From Eledone cirrhosa (taxonomy: Eukaryota): 64,000 nt of DNA. The notes beneath the pieces were generated by a model. That model was given only the letters and a program-made list of their open reading frames with translations. It was not told the origin of the DNA and made no database searches. Of this stretch, positions 44,568 through 58,379 are shown in pieces (position 1 is the first letter of the stretch; every line of letters begins with the position of its first letter). Location of the stretch: assembly GCA_964016885.1 (NCBI GenBank), contig OZ024747.1, forward strand, positions 5,022,001-5,086,000. Direction: 5' to 3'. The position numbers and the translations under genes are program-made.

Positions 44568-44705
44568 TAGATATAGATATACATACATATATATATGTAT
44601 ATATATATGTATGTATATATATATGTATATGCATATGTGTATATATATATATATAGAAGAGCTTCTATATTAAAACTTTTATACTCTGCTATGTATTGAG
44701 TACAT

Positions 44706-44739
<34 letters not shown>

Positions 44740-44797
44740 GCATATATACATATATATATATATACGCATATACATATATATATACACATATATATAT

Positions 44798-44864
<67 letters not shown>

Positions 44865-44943
44865 TATATATATATACACATATATATATATATATATACA
44901 CACATATATATATATATACACACATATATATACACATATATAT

Positions 44944-44984
<41 letters not shown>

Positions 44985-45067
44985 TATATATATATATATA
45001 CACATATATATATATATATATACACACATATATATATATATATACACACACATATATATATATATAT

Positions 45068-45134
<67 letters not shown>

Positions 45135-45324
45135 TATATAGTATAAAAGAGAAAACACAGGTAAGCATTAAGAGAAGGATTTTATCCAGGTATTTACGAC
45201 CGTTTCATTGGTAAGTACAACCTTATATTGCTATACTGCAAATATCACTTGCTTTATTAACCACGAACTGGATCACAATAAGCAATTTTCTGCTTCCCTA
45301 ACTACACACACACACATATATATT

Positions 45325-45579
45325 TTTTTATAACTGATATAAAGCTCTCAACAAATAATTGGAGTAAAAATACGATATTAACAAATGGAAACTATATTTA
45401 TAAAACCATATTTATTTCATTATACATATTTCAAGGATACCATGTTAAATTATGGTGTGCTTTCATCAGATAAAATATAATATAGAGCAGTTTTATAAAT
45501 AAATATTGACATACCTTTAAAGAATGCAACCATTACTGCTGGAAGCTCCCGGGAGCTTCCAACAGTAATTAATATCGTA
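45325..45579 (-). mobile_element. Fold-back element family F2, mirrored arm mostly deleted
   Basis: Homologous to 55551-55985 in the opposite orientation. Hairpin ATTACTGCTGGAAGCTCC-CG-GGAGCTTCCAACAGTAAT, then TAATATCGTA and (TA)n. Confidence 0.8.
45413..45477 (-). ncRNA. Type I hammerhead ribozyme motif (Penelope-type, minimal stem III)
   Basis: The minus strand reads TATTTTAT-CTGATGA-AAGCACACCAT-AATTTAAC-ATGGTATCCTT-GAAA-TATGTA-TA/ATGAAATA: intact core, 8-bp stem I, stem II and a near-palindromic loop III. Confidence 0.72.
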
Positions 45580-45690
45580 TATATATATATATAGTTTTAA
45601 TATAGAAGCTCTTCTATATTAAAACTTTTATACTCTACTATATACTGAGTACCTTACTTACTGTGGTTACCCCCGATCCAACCCGGAATA

Positions 45691-45727
<37 letters not shown>

Positions 45728-46228
45728 GCACACACACACATACACACAGAATGAGAAAGAGAAAAAATGTGGTGACGCTAATTATACCTATCAACAACAT
45801 AGATTAAAGGAAGGTAAGTCAGGAGAACATTCTGGAAGTCAGAAAAATAGGTATAAGGACAGACAGGCAGACATACTGATATGCAGACAAACAGGAAGGT
45901 ATGCATGCAGTGATATAATGACGAGCTTCAGAGAGACGAGTTACAGGAAGAGGGAGACGGAAAGGAGAGACAAGGAGACAAATAAAGTGAGATAGAGAAA
46001 TATATATTGTGTTAGATTGTGAGGGGAAAACGGAGATGAAAAGGTCAGTGATATATATGGAGGAAGCGAAATATTTCCTCTTTTTGTCATTCTACAGTGA
46101 ATTGTATTTGACAAACCGTGCAGAAAGACAATAGAATTTGAAAATCGCAAGGTGAGATCATATATACCATCAACCTACCTACTACTTTCAAATTTAAAAT
46201 CGTTTCTTCTATTACACACACACACACG

Positions 46229-46645
<417 letters not shown>

Positions 46646-47554
46646 TAGACATGAAAAATGCGCAAGCTCAAAAGAGCCACAGAATGTTATAATAAACCTT
46701 CAAAAGTGTGGGACTAGAGTTGTTACTCAAAAATATTGTAATCATTATCTATCGTACACTCTGTGGCATCCTTTATAAAATATCACAATAAATACATCTA
46801 TGTTTAATGTAATAACAGCTATAAATAATTACGTAATATTATTATCATATACTCATAGTAACAAAATAATTGTGTTGAAAATTAATATGATGCTTATATG
46901 AACGATCAAATCTATAATGATAATTTTGTAAATATACTAATATTAAAATAATTTAGTTATATATTGTTACATTTTCATCGAACTATAACATTAACAATCG
47001 TATTGTATCATCAAATTTTTATCACTGCAAACTTTCATATTGGAATTACCTTAAGCCATTTATCATTACTTCGCTTTCGTACTTTTACAGATGTAGATAT
47101 TCTGCTGTATCTTATATCTAATATCATGATCTCATGGTAATTTGCATGCAGTGAAATAGTGTAAAAAGAAAAGCATGGTTGGTTTAAGCTAATGTCCAAT
47201 ATCTCATATTAGATGTTTAGTAATGATTAATACGAAATGCACTTAAACCGAATTCTATATTAGAAATTCACTTAATTAATTATCGTGTCGTCTTGAGTTC
47301 CTTATGAGTCTCTTTTTTATAAAAGGATGCCACAGATTTTATAAAAAAGAGACTATGAGTATATGATAATAATTGTTTCTACTTTTTGGCACAAGGCCAG
47401 CAATTACTCAGTACATTACTGGTACTTTATTTTATCGACCCCGTTATTACGTAATTATTTATAGCTGTTATTACATTAAACATAGATGTATTTATTGTGA
47501 TATGGTCGATAGATAATGATTACAATATTTTTGAGTAACAACTCTAGTCCCACA

Positions 47555-48050
47555 GCTGCTAGCTGGGAAGGACCTGATGGCGGACATGATATTTGCATCA
47601 GTAGCCACAAGGAGCCGGTGGGGGTCGGGTGGGGGTATGGATCTGAGATCAGTGGGTGGCTCAGGGTGTTTGAGCCGCAGAGCAGTCAGGATCTCCTCGG
47701 TGGGTTGGAGGACAGTGTCCTCTGAGGCAACAACTCTGACTGCGGCCGAGACATCACCCATGATAAGCTTTGCGTTTACCTGGTCAGGCAAACGCTTGGC
47801 CCTGGTCTCGGGGGTGGAGGATAGGGGGTACCTGAGGGTGGGGGTGTGGCGTCCCTGGGCACGCTTGGAATGGGCGCTCGCCCAAATGACGAGACATTGG
47901 CCTTGACGAAGGCTACTGCTGACCGGCCGCCCCGGCCAGCACCAGAGCTGGGGAGGCTTAGTAAAATCGAATCTTTGGCGGTGTGCAAGCAAATTCGACC
48001 TACTATATGAATGAGTTAGCAAAGCACTCGACAAGGTAGGTCATTAGAGT
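47555..48050 (-). mobile_element. GC-rich fragment of a CRE-like non-LTR retrotransposon (N-terminal RT region)
   Basis: AKLIMGDVSAAVRVVASED...LTALRLKHPEPP...IMSAIRSFPASS matches the pre-RT/RT0 pattern (KHP...AIxSFP) of early-branching CRE-type elements. It is an abrupt GC-rich island. Confidence 0.65.
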
Positions 48051-48573
48051 AATAACATACGTTTAAATAGCTTCACAAATTGAACATTGTGATAGGCAAA
48101 ATCTAACACACAATACCAAAGTAACGAAAGAACTAACAGGTTGAGAAAAAATACACCTGGACAAATCAAACGTTATACGTTTAAAGTGTTTCTATGAATC
48201 CGAAATCAAATATCAGACTTACGTAACTGACAAGCTCGTGGTATTCATGATCGAACAGAGGATTCATTTCATCAACAGGATTTCGTTCTACCAAAGAACA
48301 GGCGAGATACTAAATGTTGCAGCTAGCAGCAGCGAATCGTATATTTAGTTGTCACGTGTTATTTCCAGCAAGGGAAATAACCCCCGGTTTTTGGCGGGTC
48401 ATTCAAAGTGTTAAACAAAGGAAATATTATAATTTCCACTAACTTTCAGAATAAGCTCTCGACCAGATGTTATTAAACAAACACAAATAATTAACCAATC
48501 AAGAGAATTGTCTAATTAAATTAATTAGCTAATTATTAAATCTAGGAGAAAATAATATATATATATATATATA

Positions 48574-48728
48574 TAGGAAAAGAGTCAGTTTTTATGGAAA
48601 TAGCCGTCGCAACGGCTTAAATCTGCCGTCGGGGTCCTGACTCTTTTCCTATTACCCACACTACAACCCAAAGTATCGAATACTCTGGTGCGTTATGGTC
48701 CACCTGGTTCCTTACCACAATTCCTTCG

Positions 48729-48729
<1 letters not shown>
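48574..48729 (+). mobile_element. Fold-back element family F1, left arm internally deleted
   Basis: TAGGAAAAGAGTCAG mirrors CTGACTCTTTTCCTA; same tail; flanked by (TA)n. Confidence 0.85.
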
Positions 48730-48811
<82 letters not shown>

Positions 48812-49592
48812 CTGTTATACTTTGTGAGGGTATAATTGCATTATTGTCAATATAAACACACGCAGCAGTCGAAAGATTTGCGTCCATTTGTTACTGTCAC
48901 ATGTGCACTGGAGCTAATGATCTCGACCATAACCTACTGAAACTAAGAGAATCTCCAGAGATCGATTGATGAGAACGGACCCCACTGCTTCTTCTGCTTG
49001 TCTGTTGTCTTCGCCTACATTTCTTGATTCATTCTATATGGTCTTAGCCATGCAAGGCCCTTCTTCATATGTGGATATATATAGGCTTTCTGATGAAGTG
49101 TAATAATTAAGTATTACATATGATTGAACACTATATATTGTAGTCAGCATACGCAGACAATTATAATTGACACAGAAACATATGTCAAAGCAAATAAATT
49201 CATAATCTCTTCACACCGACGTTTTATATTTCTTGGTACAATGCTTGTTTATACAAATACATGCGCGTACATACACATATATACACACATATACACATAT
49301 ATACACACATATACACATATACACACATATACACACATATACACATATACATACACTGGTGACATTTTCTTGTTTCCTCAGCAACTTTCTCTTGATGCTT
49401 ATGTGTGTGTGTCTGTGTGTGTGTGTGTGTGTGTGTAGATGTGAGCCTGTGTGTATGAATATGTGTGTGTGTGTGTGTGTGTGTGTGTATCTGCGTCTAT
49501 GTTTCCGTACATAAGTGTGTGCTGGTGTGTGTGCCAGTGTGCATAAATATGTTATTATTTCTCCCACCCGATTTCTCTTTATGCTTCTCCTT

Positions 49593-49632
<40 letters not shown>

Positions 49633-50428
49633 TTCTCGCTCTCTCTCTCTCCCGCTCTCTCTCTCACCCACGCTCTCTCTTTCTCTCTATCTCTCTTTAT
49701 CACCCTCTCTCTATATATATCTATCTAACTATCTATCTATCTCTATCTCTCTCTCTCTCTCCCTCTCTCCCACTCTCTCTCACTTACTCTCTCTCGTTCG
49801 CTCTCTATCTATCTCTCCCCCTCTCTCACTCACTCTCTCTCTTTCTCTCTAACTCTACCTATCAACCTCTCTCTCGCCCCCTCTCTCTCTCTCGTTTTAA
49901 CTCTCTATCTATTTAATTTCTCTTCTCCTCTACATAATCTGTAACACACACACACACACACCACTAAACACTAAACGCACAGAACACATTCACAGGTACT
50001 CACAAATCATACACACACTCACACACACTAAGCACATAGAGCTCATTTACTGATATCCAAAAAGTATACACACCCACACATACTCGCATCCACACAAACA
50101 CACACACACGCACATAAACTCAAGGAAACCTCCACATACACTCACAGGCACTCAGAAAGAATACACACCCACATAGACACACACCCACATAGAGACACAC
50201 ACACATAGATACATAGACACACAGACACACACACACATAGACACACACACACATAGACACACACACACATACAAACATACACACACACACACACACACAC
50301 ATACAAACATACACACATAGGCACACACACACTGTTGACATTTTGCTTGTTTGTTCAACAACTTTCTCTCTCGTGTGTTTATGTATATATGTACTGTACA
50401 TGTATGTATATTTCTGTGTATGTGTATA

Positions 50429-50621
<193 letters not shown>

Positions 50622-51109
50622 AGAGAGAGCGAGGGAGAAAGAGATATATATAGTCTTCCTCTCTATCCTGTTATCTCTCACACACCTTTGCTCTGTCCTT
50701 CTCGCCAACTAAACTGTCGTCTTGCATTTTACCAGAGTTCATTCGATGCACCTAGCAACAGAAACCAAGGAAATAAAAATGGCTGCCATCTAAGCAATAG
50801 AAATTTGAAAGCAGTGTACGGCATGACTGGATCATTATAACAAAATTGTCATAGGAAATCGTCTGCTTTAACACAGGATTCTGTTTCAGTGTAGTTTATT
50901 TGCATATATTTTCTTTGGTTCTGCGTTTTCTACTTTTTGTTCTTTCTTTTTTTCGCTTTTGTCTCACTGGTTAATTATTTATTTGTGTCAGGCTCCAACC
51001 ATCCTTCATCCATTCCCTCACCCTACACATAAATATACACTTTCATCTCTTTACTTTCTTCAACTTCTACTTTTTCTTGTTTATTTGTGTCGTTGACGTG
51101 CTTGCTGGG

Positions 51110-51557
51110 TGTATGGCTGGTTGGCTAGTTGGTTGGCAGGTTGGCTGGTTGGTTGGTTGGTTGGTTGGCTGGTTGGTTGGTTAGCTGGTTGGTTGGTTGG
51201 TCGGTTGGTTGGTTGGTTGGTTGGTTGGTTGGTTGGCTGGTCGGCTGGTTGGTTTGCTGGTTGGTTGGTTGGTTGGTTGGTTGGTTGGTTGGCCGGTTGG
51301 CTGGTTGGTTGGCTGGTTGGTTGATTGGTTGATTGGTTGATTGGTTGGTTGGTTGGCTGGTTGGTTTGTTGGCTGGTTGGTTGGTTGGTTGGTTGGTTGG
51401 CTGGTTGGTTGGTTGGTTGGTTGGTTGGCTGGTTGGTTGGTTGGTTGGTTGGTTGGTTGGTTGGTTGGTTGGTTGGTTGGTTGGTTGGTTGGTTGGCTGG
51501 TTGGTTGTTTGGTTGGTTTGTTGGTTGGTTGGCTGGTTGTTTGGTTGGTTGTTTGGT
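51110..51557. repeat. (GGTT)n tetranucleotide repeat
   Basis: Directly visible. Confidence 0.95.
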
Positions 51558-51610
51558 CGACGACAGCGACAATGACGATGATAACGATGATGATGGTGAG
51601 GAGAATAATG

Positions 51611-51777
51611 ATTAAATCGACCTCAGTACATTACTGGTACTTTATTTTATCGACCCCGTAAGGATGAAAGGCAAGGTTAACCTAGGCGGGATTTGAACTC
51701 AGATCATAAAGGGCCGTAACTCTATGCTGAAAAGCATGGTGTCCGACCCTCTACCGATACTGCTAATCCACCGCCCT
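51611..51777 (-). mobile_element. SINE family A copy
   Basis: Reverse-complement copy with an imperfect GGTGAG..GAATAATG duplication on both sides. Confidence 0.85.
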
Positions 51778-52298
51778 TGGTGAGAGGAATAATGGTAAGT
51801 AACAATTATCTAAACAAAATTTAAATTTAAAACAAAACTTCTACACTTAACAAAATGGCAAAGACAATACGAAGACAATTGAAAGTTGTAAAATGGTTCA
51901 AGAAGAAATATGGAGGATGAGATGATTGGAGAAGAGCGAGAAATTCTTTGAAATAAATCTGTTATATTAACCAAATACCGACATATTTTACATAATACTA
52001 ACAAAGAAAAGACTACATTATTGGAGGATTCAACTATATCAACATAATTCCATGTGTAGAGGGACAGAATTTGGTGGGAATGAATTCAGTGTATCTAAGA
52101 GAATTGATCAGACAGTTAAAGGATTGTAAAATTTCATTGGCACTGTAAACATAGTCTAGAATAACTTGCAAAGAACTAAACAACACTTTATTAACGTCAA
52201 ACAAATTAAACATCCTGAAATCAGAGCCTCCGAGAGAAATTTGGCAAAAGGGAACTAGACTGCTTTCAGGAAGAAACCCGCCTTAAATTTAAGATATC

Positions 52299-52498
52299 NN
52301 NNNNNNNNNNNNNNNNNNNNNNNNNNNNNNNNNNNNNNNNNNNNNNNNNNNNNNNNNNNNNNNNNNNNNNNNNNNNNNNNNNNNNNNNNNNNNNNNNNNN
52401 NNNNNNNNNNNNNNNNNNNNNNNNNNNNNNNNNNNNNNNNNNNNNNNNNNNNNNNNNNNNNNNNNNNNNNNNNNNNNNNNNNNNNNNNNNNNNNNNNN
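52299..52498. other. Assembly gap (200 N)
   Basis: Run of N. Confidence 0.99.
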
Positions 52499-52544
52499 AG
52501 AGATATTAGTAGGAAGGCAATACATTTTAGCAGATTAATACCTA

Positions 52545-52712
52545 CCGTATTTCCCGGCGCCGAAGACGCTTCGTCCTTGAGGACGCACCCTAATTTTGAC
52601 AACCAAAAATTTTGAAGAAAATAATAAACAACCTTCGGCCTCCAGGATGCATGGTAGATTTCTTAGACTTATTTCAGGAAAAATGTAGCATCTTCGACGC
52701 CGGGAAATACGG
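52545..52712. mobile_element. 168-bp MITE, Tc1/mariner/pogo superfamily
   Basis: 25-bp TIRs CCGTATTTCCCGGCGCCGAAGACGC / GCATCTTCGACGCCGGGAAATACGG, with TA on each side. Confidence 0.88.
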
Positions 52713-53423
52713 TATATAAAAGCATAGGTTATCGTTCTATCACTTTCACGGAGAGTTAAAGACTTGTACCCTCTGAGTTCAAATCCTGCCGAGGTCAACT
52801 CTGCCTTTCACCCTGCCGTGGTAAATAACATAAAGTTCCAATCACATGTTAGGGTCATCTAATCGAACTATCCCTTCCCAAATGTTGCAGGATCTTGTAC
52901 CAATGCTAGAAAGAATCATTCTATTATTCTATTATCCTAATATTCTAATATTCCGTTCAATCATCTCTTCCTCCCTTGATCTATATATGGTGTTTCTACC
53001 TACATATATAAATCCATGTGAGAGTATATATATATATATATATATACATATATACAACTTGAGCCCTCCCACCTTGCTTGAAGAACTTTGTAACGCGAAC
53101 TGGCGCGAAATTTATTATACTTATTGACCAACCAATCAAATTACTTCTCTAAAAACCTGGCGTTTCGAGCCACTTTTTTCAATATAAAACAAGTAACATT
53201 CAAAGACCAACCAGATGTGAGAAAAACCACAGACCCTCCATCTCAACTCTACTTTTGAAAAGCAGAAGAACTACGAAACCGGTAAAGGAACCAAATAAAT
53301 ATATATATATTTTTTTAAATAAGACTCCAGTTGCATTTTCGATTTCATCTTTTTTTCTTTATACTTTCACTCGTGTAGGACACCTCCGTTATTTTTCATT
53401 TGTAAAAAAAACCTCACTTTCTA

Positions 53424-53463
<40 letters not shown>

Positions 53464-53866
53464 CATATATATATACGCACGTATATATACATGTATCAAT
53501 TTTCAAGTCCCATGCACTAAAAGTAACATTTCCAATGATTTTTTGATTTTTTGCTCGGGTAAGGATGGGGGAGGGGATGTAAAAAAACACCTGTTTCGCT
53601 TCCAACTGATTCTAATTTATACATTGATTATTGGTCTCATTCGTTACACATGCATACACACACACATACACACATCATGCACATACACACACACACACAC
53701 ACACATATATATGCGTGTGTTCGTGTGTGCATCTTAATAAACTCCAGTTCAATTCAATATTCTAGTATATATATATATATACACACATATATATATACAT
53801 ATATATATATATATACACACATATATATACATATATACACATATATATACATATATATATATATAT

Positions 53867-53953
<87 letters not shown>

Positions 53954-53994
53954 CACATATATATATATATACACATATATATATATACATACAC

Positions 53995-54029
<35 letters not shown>

Positions 54030-54032
54030 CAC

Positions 54033-54069
<37 letters not shown>

Positions 54070-54084
54070 CATATATATATACAC

Positions 54085-54136
<52 letters not shown>

Positions 54137-54142
54137 ATACAC

Positions 54143-54173
<31 letters not shown>

Positions 54174-54234
54174 CACATATATATATATACATATATATAT
54201 ACACATATATATATATATACATATATATATACAC

Positions 54235-54423
<189 letters not shown>

Positions 54424-54424
54424 C

Positions 54425-54477
<53 letters not shown>

Positions 54478-54478
54478 C

Positions 54479-54597
<119 letters not shown>

Positions 54598-54707
54598 CAC
54601 ACATATATATATATATATATATACCTAACTCGTCCCATGGACTGAGTGCTCTACCACTACGGATGTTACCCTCCAGTGTTCTACCACTATATATATATAT
54701 ATAATAG

Positions 54708-54886
54708 TAATTGTTTCTACTTTAGGCACAAGGCCAGAAATTACCCAGTACATTACTGGTACTTTATTTTATCCACCCCGTAAGGATGAAAGGCAAAGTT
54801 AACCTCGGCGGGATTTGAACTCAGACTGTAAAGGGACGTAACTATGCTAGAAAGCATGGCGTCCAAACCTCTACCGATACTGCCAA
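54708..54886 (-). mobile_element. SINE family A copy
   Basis: Reverse-complement copy with AATAGTAAT on both flanks. Confidence 0.85.
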
Positions 54887-55353
54887 TAATAGTAATAATA
54901 ATAAATTCGAAGACTAAAATCCAAAGAGGGCTCGATAAAAATATATATATATATTTAAGTCGTTTGGAAGCCTCGACAATGCAAATGGGTAAATCTCCGG
55001 GTAACAAGATCCGGTGGTGGAGAGAGAGATGTAAGTGGGTGTACGTTGAGATGCGTGGCGTGTATAAGACGTGTAGAGGACTGAAGGAAAGAGTATAAAG
55101 GATAAAATAAAAATAACAACACGAGAGAGAGTTACCTTGGGAGAGATTTAATTGTCCCTATATATTTCGGATTCACATCCATCAACTGGGGTTTTTTTCT
55201 GGGGTGGGGGAAAGGTTGTCTGTCGGAAAGGTGCGAAACGCGTCCTCCGCTGTTCCCTGTATATGTGCTGTTACTGCTAAAATTCCGGCGAATCTGGCTA
55301 TATGCTAAGGTATTTCTAGTTCTAGTGTTAAGTTTCTTATAGTGAATTGCGGT

Positions 55354-55526
55354 GCAGATGGACCATAACGCACCAGAGTACTCAATACTTAGGGTATTAG
55401 AGTGGGTAATAGGAAAAAGTATGACCCCGACGGCAGAAATTAAGCCGTTTCGACGGCTATTTCTGGACTCCAGAAATAGCCGTCGAAACGGCTTCAGCTC
55501 TGCCGTCGGGGACATATTTTTTCTTA
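55354..55526 (-). mobile_element. Fold-back element family F1, reverse orientation
   Basis: Arms 55410-55467 and 55469-55526. The tail (reverse complement) lies to the left. Confidence 0.88.
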
Positions 55527-55550
55527 TATATATATATATATATATATATA

Positions 55551-55984
55551 TACGATATTAAACAAATGGAAACTATATTTATAAAGCCATATTTATTTCG
55601 TTATATATATTTCTGGGATATCATATTAAAAATATGTTATGCCTTCCTCAGACAAAATACAATACATAAGCTGTTTTATAAATAATTAGTGACATACCTT
55701 GTAATAATGCAACTTCCTTTTAAAAAGTTGATGGAAGTTGCATTATTACAAGGTATGTCACTAATTATTTATAAAACAGCTTATGTATTGTATTTTGTCT
55801 GAGGAAGGCATAACATATTTTTAATATGATATCCCAGAAATATATATAACGAAATAAATATGGTTTTATAAATATAGTTTCCATTTGTTTAATATCGTAA
55901 ACCTACTCCAGAAACTGTTGAGTGCTTTTATACCAGTTATAAAATATTTACTCGTTGTAACCCAACAATCTTAAATAAAACTTT

Positions 55985-55988
<4 letters not shown>
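55551..55988 (+). mobile_element. Fold-back element family F2 with 167-bp near-perfect inverted arms
   Basis: Arms 55551-55717 and 55733-55899 (one mismatch seen), 15-nt spacer, roughly 90-bp tail, (TA)n on both sides. Confidence 0.9.
55791..55856 (+). ncRNA. Type I hammerhead ribozyme motif (mirror copy at 55594-55659, minus strand)
   Basis: TATTTTGT-CTGAGGA-AGGCATAACATATT-TTT-AATATGATATCCCA-GAAA-TATATA-TA/ACGAAATA. Stem I shows a compensatory change relative to the 45413 copy. Confidence 0.68.
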
Positions 55989-56053
<65 letters not shown>

Positions 56054-56234
56054 GTAGAAAAACAGATGGCGCATTGACGGTTGGAACGTACATTTTATGC
56101 ACAGCTTCTGCTCGACGAGATTTTACCTGAGGGTTTTATGAGAACAGGAAACTTGCTGACGAGACAGGAATATAAAATATCATTCTTTTCGTGTTGTTGC
56201 TGTTGTTTAGGCCTTTAGGTAAGTAGACCTAACA

Positions 56235-56530
56235 AGCGGCCGGAATAGGGTTCCTCCGAAGGGTCTTTGGAGTAACGTTACTAGATAAAGTTCGTAGCTC
56301 AGAGATGAGAGAGTCACTCCAGGTAGAGCCGCTACTTGTCTCATTTGAGAGTTCCCAGCTCTGATATTATAGGTATGTGGTTAGAATGTCTCTGGAAAGA
56401 ATCGCTGGACAGATTTTATGGGCAAAGCCAACCGGCAGGAAACCCGGGGGTAGACCCTGAGCAAGATGGTTGGATAACATCCATGAGCTTGGCTGATCTC
56501 GCTTGGGGATCCAGCTGGATCTGCTGAGAA
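56235..56530 (+). mobile_element. RTE-clade LINE fragment, C-terminal region, with stops
   Basis: GFLRRVFGVTLLDKVRSSEMRESLQVEPLL...SQL*YYRYVVRMSLERIA..ILWAKPTGRKPGGRP*ARWLDNI. Confidence 0.8.
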
Positions 56531-56977
56531 GAAGAGAAGGCTTTCCTGTTGATTTCATCGACAAGAACACTCACCATTGGAACCGGCGGATGTCCAAAGT
56601 ACAAGCACAACATGTATCTGCATGTCAACTTGTGTGTGTATGTGTGTATGTGTGTATGTGAGTGTGAATGTTTACATTTGTCTGTGAGTATGCATGCGTG
56701 TGTCTCTATATGTGTGTGTATGTGTGTATGTGTCTATATGCCAGCCGTAGCACAATGGTGGTTTACATTTATAACAAAAACACTGCATGTGTATGTGTGT
56801 CTGAATGTGCATATCATCATGTCTGTGCATGCGTATGTTCGTATGTGTGTGCGTGTTTGTGTTTGCTTCTAGGCATGTGTACATATGTTTGCATATGTGT
56901 ATGCATGTGGTTATATATGTATGTGTATGTGCGTGTGTCTGTGTGTGTGTCTGTGTGTATATGTGTGTGTATGTCGC

Positions 56978-57090
<113 letters not shown>

Positions 57091-57834
57091 TCTGCCAGCC
57101 AGTAACAATTCTGATTTAAATATATATTTTTTTTTAAAGCAGAAAGAGGGAAAGAAAGAATATACGGAGGAAAAAAAAGAAAGGACAGAGAGACAGAAAG
57201 AGATGAAGAAGAAGAAAAAAAGAAAGAAAAGAGAAGAAAGAAATATCTGACTGCTAGAAATCAATGTTAAGCATGTACATGTTACGGACGCTGTGTGGTC
57301 GTCTGCCAGAAGGAATGTTAGCGCCATGTGATATATATTAATGTTAATTTGATTAAAAAAATCAACAGCCACTCACCAATAACTAATCGAATGATTTCAA
57401 AATCGATTCCTTGTTGCTTTTCCTTTCATTTTTCTTCAATTCTTTTTGCGTTTTACATTTGGAATTAAGGTTGTTTGTTTGTTTGTTTTTACTGTTTTTG
57501 GTGCTATTTTTTTTTTCGTTTTTTTTTTTTTTTTCTAATTTTTTTGTGTCCTCCTTACTCTGCAAGTAACAAATATATATTAGAGAAACTCACATGAAAA
57601 TATATCTACTGAAAACATGTTAGTTTTTTGTTTTCCTTTCTCTTACTCTGTGCATGTAGTATGTATGTACAAACGCATGTATTATATTTTTGTTAGTCTG
57701 GTGTATGTATATATATGTGTCTATGCGTGTAAGCTCATGAGTGTTATATTATTAGGGTAAACAGAAATAACAAAGCAAACGACACATTGCATTGAAGAAA
57801 TATATTAGTTTAACGCTTGAAATAACAGGAAAAG

Positions 57835-57874
57835 TGTCTTAATGTTTCGAACACAAGTCCTTCATCAGAAGATA
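57835..57874 (-). ncRNA. Minimal hammerhead motif in a Penelope-like terminal repeat fragment (about 57755-57965)
   Basis: The minus strand reads TATCTT-CTGATGA-A-GGAC-TTGT-GTTC-GAA-ACAT-T/AAGACA. Confidence 0.55.
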
Positions 57875-58379
57875 GAAATAGAAGTAAAAGATATAATAGA
57901 AATATAAAGAGGGAGAAATGGAAGGAACGGAAAATAAATGAGAAAAAAACCACGTGGGTATTCAGTCAGCATTTTATAGAGATATACAATTCAGAGTGCA
58001 GTAACTTCGAAGTAGTTTTGAATAAATTAAAAATATTAATTTACCTCTCAACATTGATATAGGAAAGATGTATAGTGATAAAATACCAGGAAAATACGAT
58101 ATTTTGCTTGAAATGACCAAGAAAATAGAGGAATTGCTGACTTGTTGCTTTCTATTTTCTAAAATGTATTGTTACAAAGTATCCCCCTACCGCTTCACAC
58201 ATTTATACAAGACTGAGGCAGAGTGCTCTTCTTATCTCTCTTTTTAAAGATTTCTATAAGTTATTTGTGGTAATTAACATAGGATATTTTTACTGCCAGT
58301 GGTAAGTAACGACTTTGCAAGAATAATTCTTAATCGTTTGTTTAGTTCTATAGTTCCAAACATTCGTTTAAATCATAAT

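Noticed and set aside
51850-52200. Possible APE endonuclease remnant (IIGGFN)
   Set aside because: One short motif in broken frames next to a gap is insufficient evidence.
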